From an uncultured Acidobacteriota bacterium (GTDB lineage Bacteria > Acidobacteriota > UBA6911), in contig CAWHCF010000007.1 in assembly GCA_963827655.1 (NCBI GenBank), positions 29,376 through 93,375 of the forward strand: DNA of 64,000 nt. Direction: 5' to 3'. Both the position numbers and the translations under genes were made by a program. This document shows, one piece after another, positions 59,810 through 64,000 of the stretch. The notes beneath the pieces were generated by a model. That model ran no database searches. It saw nothing but the letters and a program-made list of their open reading frames with translations, and had not been told where the DNA came from. How positions within the stretch are numbered: position 1 is the first letter of the stretch; every line of letters starts with the position of its first letter.

Positions 59810-59868
59810 ACCGCGAAGACCCGAGGACGCAAAGGGTGTAAGCCTTCGCGTCTTCGAGTCTTCGCGGT
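59810..59868. repeat. 8-mer REP-like full hairpin
   Basis: ACCGCGAAGACCCGAGGACGC...AGCCTTCGCGTCTTCGAGTCTTCGCGGT. Confidence 0.85.
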
Positions 59869-59878
59869 GAGAGACTGG

Positions 59879-62800
59879 TTAGAAGTACAACTTCAGACCG
59901 AACTGGATGATCCGCATCGGCGTGCGCAGGCTGCGGATCTCGCCCATGCGGGTGCCATCGGGGGTAAGTGAAGTGTTACTCGTGAACCCGATGCCGTTCG
60001 GCGCGCCGAAGTACGGCGTGTTGAAGGCGTTGATGAACTCGCTGCGGAACTGGAACCTGACCGTCTCGGTGATGTTAAAGTTCTTGAACATCGAGAAGTC
60101 GAGATTCCGCTGTCCCGGCGAGTCGAGGATCGCGACGCCGGAATTGCCATAGCGGCAGAGGTCCGGACGCGTCGGGAGATTGCACGTGACTCGCTGAAAC
60201 GCCTGCGGGTCGAACCAGAGCGCTCGGGTCGGATTGTCGATCTCGCCCGAAGCAATCCGATCGGGCCGCACGTTGCTGTTTCCCGTATTCAGGTCCTGTC
60301 CCTGTCCGATGGTGAACGGGAAGCCGCTCCGGATCGAGAGGATCCCGTTGGTCTGCCAGCCGCCGATGGTGTGCCGCAGCCATCCGTTCTGCAGGTTCTG
60401 GCCCGGGAGTTCCCACACGAAGTGCGTGACCCACTGGTGGGTCTGATCGAACGAGTAGCGGGCCCGGGAAACCCCGCGGTCGCGCGCGTTCTGGAGCGAT
60501 ATGTATCCCTCCTGCCCCCCGTTCTCCCCGTCCCCGTGCGATTTGCTGAACGTGTAGGAAGAGCCGAACGCGAGGCCGCGCGAGAAGCGCTTGTCCACCT
60601 TCGCCTGCAGGCCGTGGTAGAACGACTCGCCATAGCTGTCGATGTAACGGATGTTGCCAATTGCCTGAACGCCGAGCTGCGGCGTCGCGGGATCGTAGAC
60701 GTTCTGGAACGGACGCAGCGACTGCGTGTTCGTGTTCGGCGTCGGATCCGGCGAGTTGAAGTTGGCGATGCTGTTTCCGACGTGGGAGCCCTTTGAGCCG
60801 GCGTATCCCACGGTCAGCGCAAACTGGCTCGGCAGCTCCCGCTGGAGGTCGAAGCTCCACTTCCAGACGTCGCCGTCCTTGGTATCGGGCGGCAGGTAAG
60901 AGAGGTTGATCGGCCGGACTGTGGCGGTCGCACCGCCAGCCTGGAAAAACGGATCGTTCAGGGTCAGGATCGGAGTACCCGGAGTGTACTGCCGGGTGTT
61001 GGCCGGATAAGTCGCGCCATCGGCCCCCGGGACCTGCAACGTCTGCGCAATGATAGTCGGCGATTCAAACAGCAGGCTTCCCGACTTCGGCGGCATCAGG
61101 TTGAAGATGGTGAAGGTGTTGAGGTGGTTGATATTGTCGAACCACCCGCCGCCGACCCTTAGCACCCACTTCTCCGTGGGGCGCCAGGCGATCCCTATCC
61201 GGGGCATGAAGAATTTCACGTCCTGCTGGAAGAGCTGGACGGCGCCGCGCTCGTCGACGAACTCCGGAAATATCGTCGGGATCGTGGCTCCGCCGGGAGT
61301 CTGGTAGCCCTTGCCGCGGCCAACCTCAGTTCCGACACCGGGGAAATCCAGGGTGCGCCACAGCCCTTGTGCATCGATGGGAACGCCGTTGAAATCGAAG
61401 CGCAACCCCAGGTTGACCGTAAGCCTGGGCGACACCTTCCAGTCGTCGTGGATGTAGGCGCCCCAGCGGTTCGAGCGCGGGAAGGTAAGCGGGATCCCTT
61501 CCGCCGACTCGCTTTGGCTCGGCAGGCCGAGCAGGAACGAGGCGAAACCCAGACCGCTCTGGTTGCCGCTGAATGTATAGCGGCCCTCTTCCAGGTTGGC
61601 GGCGCCGCGCTCCATCGAAATCCGGTACATCTCGAACCCGAACTTCATGTTGTGCTTGCCCCGGATCCAGGTGAAATGGTCGCCGGCCTGGATGGTGTCC
61701 ATGGCGTCGTAGCCGTTTCCGTTGGTCAGCTCCTGGAGCGTGAATGCCAAACCGGCGAACTGCGGGATTCCGTGCTCGCGCGGCGTAAGCTTGCGGTTGT
61801 TATCGCCGAAGACCCGGATCTGGCCGACGCCCAGCGCGTCCATGTCGAAGCTCTCGTCGTCGGTCCGCGGATTCGAGGTCAGGTCGTCGGAGATATTGAA
61901 CCCCACCCGCACCTCGTTGATCATGGTCGGATTGATCGTACGGATCCAGGAGGTGGCCAGGTTCGACACATCCGAGTCGCGAAACACCGGGAGGTTCGGG
62001 TTGATGTTGGTGGAGGTCAGCCCCGAACGATCCATGGCCAGGCGGCCGAACACCCAGTCTTTCTCGCTGAAGTGGTGGTCGACGCGGGCGAATATGAAGT
62101 TCGTGTCGATCGGCTGGTTGACGCCCTTGCGCGCGCTGATGTCGAGCGGGTCCACCGGGCGGAATTCCGCCTTCGGGATATAGAGATTCATTACGTTCAC
62201 CGAGCCCGGATGCAGGCGCGACTGCGGAATGACGTTGTTCGCGAACGGCTGGCCGGTAGCGGGATCGTAAATCACGATCGGGTTGCGGAAAAGGCGGCCG
62301 GTCGCCGGGTTGACGGTGCCGCGCAGCAGCTCGGAGAAGTCGCCGCTGCGGAACGCGTCGTTCGGCCACCAGGTTTCCTGAACCGCTTCAACACGCTCGC
62401 GCCGCGACTCCCAGTTGAAAGCCCAGAAGGTCTTGTTCTGGCCGTTGTATAGCTTGGGAATCGTGAGAGGGCCGCTCAGGACCAGGCCGAACTGGTTGCG
62501 CCGCAGCGTGTCTTTCTTCCTCCGCTGCTGTCCCGGGGCAAGCTCGAAATTCAGGAAATAGTTCTCGGCGTCGAAGACGTCGTTGCGCAGGAACTCGAAC
62601 AGAGTGCCGTGAAAGGCGTTGGTGCCGCTCTTCATCGTGATCGCGGTGTGAGCGCCGCCGGCGAACCCATATTCTGCGGTGAATGCGTTGGTCTGGATCT
62701 TGAACTCGTCGATGGCCTCGATCGAAGGGACGAAGTTGGTGATGTGAATGCGCGGGTCCTTCGCGTCTACGCCGTCAAGCGAGACAAACTGGTGGATTTC

Positions 62801-63370
62801 GCGCTGGCCGTTTGCGATCACCGAGAAGCCCTGGCCGGGAATGGGAAACCCACCCAGACCATCGGCGGTTCCGGTGCGGATGCCATACTGCACGCCCGGC
62901 ACGAGCACGGCGAGCTGAACCATGTTGCGGCCGTTGAGCGGAAGATCGATGATGCGCTTGTTCTCGATCACGCCGCCCACGGTGGCGTTTTCCGTGTTCA
63001 GGGTAACGGCGGCGGCCGAGATCTCGACGGTTTCCGAGACCTGCCCGATTTCCAGCCGGATATCCTGGCGGACTTGCGCCGCAGTCTCGACCCGGAGGCC
63101 CTTTACCGTCTCGCCTTTGAAACCTTGCATTTCTACTTTGATTTCGTAATTACCAACCTGCACCGAAGGAAAGCTATAGTTTCCGGTTTCATTCGTCTGG
63201 ACCGTGCGCGCGACTCCCGTGCCCGTGTTGGTCAGGATGACGGCCGCGCCAGGAACCACGCCACCGGTAGAATCCGTGACCAGGCCCTGAATCGACTGAG
63301 TCGTCGATTGCGCCAGAACCAAAATGGGCAGAAGCAGCATCGCGCATACAAAATTAGCCAATCTCCTCAT
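59879..63370 (-). CDS. TonB-dependent receptor with a carboxypeptidase-regulatory-like N-domain
   Basis: Signal peptide; G.VTD.TG.VVPGA, LPLNGRN, KSGTNAFHG.LFEFLRND; ends RIIQFGLKLYF. Confidence 0.95.
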   Translation of the reverse strand: MRRLANFVCAMLLLPILVLAQSTTQSIQGLVTDSTGGVVPGAAVILTNTGTGVARTVQTNETGNYSFPSVQVGNYEIKVEMQGFKGETVKGLRVETAAQVRQDIRLEIGQVSETVEISAAAVTLNTENATVGGVIENKRIIDLPLNGRNMVQLAVLVPGVQYGIRTGTADGLGGFPIPGQGFSVIANGQREIHQFVSLDGVDAKDPRIHITNFVPSIEAIDEFKIQTNAFTAEYGFAGGAHTAITMKSGTNAFHGTLFEFLRNDVFDAENYFLNFELAPGQQRRKKDTLRRNQFGLVLSGPLTIPKLYNGQNKTFWAFNWESRRERVEAVQETWWPNDAFRSGDFSELLRGTVNPATGRLFRNPIVIYDPATGQPFANNVIPQSRLHPGSVNVMNLYIPKAEFRPVDPLDISARKGVNQPIDTNFIFARVDHHFSEKDWVFGRLAMDRSGLTSTNINPNLPVFRDSDVSNLATSWIRTINPTMINEVRVGFNISDDLTSNPRTDDESFDMDALGVGQIRVFGDNNRKLTPREHGIPQFAGLAFTLQELTNGNGYDAMDTIQAGDHFTWIRGKHNMKFGFEMYRISMERGAANLEEGRYTFSGNQSGLGFASFLLGLPSQSESAEGIPLTFPRSNRWGAYIHDDWKVSPRLTVNLGLRFDFNGVPIDAQGLWRTLDFPGVGTEVGRGKGYQTPGGATIPTIFPEFVDERGAVQLFQQDVKFFMPRIGIAWRPTEKWVLRVGGGWFDNINHLNTFTIFNLMPPKSGSLLFESPTIIAQTLQVPGADGATYPANTRQYTPGTPILTLNDPFFQAGGATATVRPINLSYLPPDTKDGDVWKWSFDLQRELPSQFALTVGYAGSKGSHVGNSIANFNSPDPTPNTNTQSLRPFQNVYDPATPQLGVQAIGNIRYIDSYGESFYHGLQAKVDKRFSRGLAFGSSYTFSKSHGDGENGGQEGYISLQNARDRGVSRARYSFDQTHQWVTHFVWELPGQNLQNGWLRHTIGGWQTNGILSIRSGFPFTIGQGQDLNTGNSNVRPDRIASGEIDNPTRALWFDPQAFQRVTCNLPTRPDLCRYGNSGVAILDSPGQRNLDFSMFKNFNITETVRFQFRSEFINAFNTPYFGAPNGIGFTSNTSLTPDGTRMGEIRSLRTPMRIIQFGLKLYF

Positions 63371-63483
63371 ACAAAAAAGCTCCTCTCAAGTCCGCGGGCC
63401 AGGGATTTAATTGAAAATGATGCAGGAAATGTAGCTAACGGTCGCAATGGTGTCAAGTCCAAGTCGCACCATTACGGGAAAGA

Positions 63484-63569
63484 TTCGCGTTTCCTGGCGT
63501 CTTCGCGTCTTGGTGGTTAGTGAACAAAAACCAACCACCAAGACTCAAAGACTCGAAGAAACACTAAGA
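63484..63569. repeat. 8-mer REP-like full hairpin
   Basis: GTCTTCGCGTCTTGGTGGTTAG-TGAACAAAAA-CCAACCACCAAGACTCAAAGACTCGAAGAAACACTAAG. Confidence 0.85.
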
Positions 63570-63577
63570 GGCAGCGT

Positions 63578-64000
63578 TTAGAAGTAGAGCTTCATCCCGA
63601 ACTGGATCACGCGCATCGAAGCCCGCAAGCTCCGGATTTCGCCCATGCGCGGAGCGTCCGGGACGAACGAATTGATGCTGGTGAACCCAATGCCGTTCGG
63701 AACACCAAACTGCGGTGTGTTGAAAGCATTGAAGAACTCGGCGCGGAACTGGAGTTTTCCCTCATCGCCAATAAACGGCAGCCGCCAGTTCTTGTAGACC
63801 GAAAGGTCCAGGTTGCGAGCCCCGGGCGACTCCAGGATGCCTTGACCGGCGTTGCCGTAATGGCACAGGTCGAGCCGGCCCGGAATGTTGCAATCGACGC
63901 GGCGGAAGACGCTCGGATCGAACCACTTCTCCCGTTTGGCATCGCCGAAGAGGCGGCCATCGTCTACACGGTCGGGCCACACTTCCCCGCCCGTGTTCAG
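63578..64000 (-). CDS. TonB-dependent receptor, C-terminal part (5' end beyond the window)
   Basis: YGNAG..IL..PG..NLD.S..K, LQFRAEFFNAFNTPQF; ends QFGMKLYF. Confidence 0.92.
   Translation of the reverse strand: MNTGGEVWPDRVDDGRLFGDAKREKWFDPSVFRRVDCNIPGRLDLCHYGNAGQGILESPGARNLDLSVYKNWRLPFIGDEGKLQFRAEFFNAFNTPQFGVPNGIGFTSINSFVPDAPRMGEIRSLRASMRVIQFGMKLYF

Noticed and set aside
59067-59868. CRISPR array or canonical attC sites
   Set aside because: No regular repeat-spacer period, no cas or intI gene, and no RYYYAAC/GTTRRRY ends.
1-64000. tRNA, rRNA, riboswitch or prophage
   Set aside because: None recognisable by eye. An Infernal/tRNAscan run on the long intergenic regions (10480-11080, 36700-37300, 42340-42790, 45430-45900) would be needed to exclude ncRNAs.

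Overview
GC-rich (roughly 60% by eye) bacterial chromosome segment, most likely Acidobacteriota, judged by three acidobacterial-type TonB-dependent receptors, DUF1592/DUF1552 genes and an ECF sigma plus Ser/Thr kinase pair. From left to right it holds: a TBDR; an LRR / LRR-cytochrome c-DUF1592 / DUF1552 / DUF4159 operon; YyaL; a PaaK-like ligase, TetR and a 4-hydroxybenzoyl-CoA-reductase-like molybdoenzyme; a GMC oxidoreductase with its Tat partner; chrB-chrA; hemN-hemH-hemG; a ~6.2 kb island bounded by a duplicated hemG 3' end; a prolyl oligopeptidase; a triplicated TIR-TM-Ig-like locus; RidA; a copper amine oxidase; an aminotransferase; a SagB-like protein; two TA modules; and two more TBDRs. 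I saw no rRNA, tRNA, CRISPR array, integrase or transposase. The most interesting signals are (1) the TIR-transmembrane-Ig receptor-like units, (2) the hemG-duplication island, (3) several families of short palindromic repeats at gene junctions that bracket gene cassettes, (4) an Hcr-like molybdoenzyme with Gln at the catalytic Glu position, and (5) the LRR-cytochrome/DUF1592 fusion. Many single-base frameshifts may be assembly errors. All family assignments come from motif recognition by eye, not from database searches.
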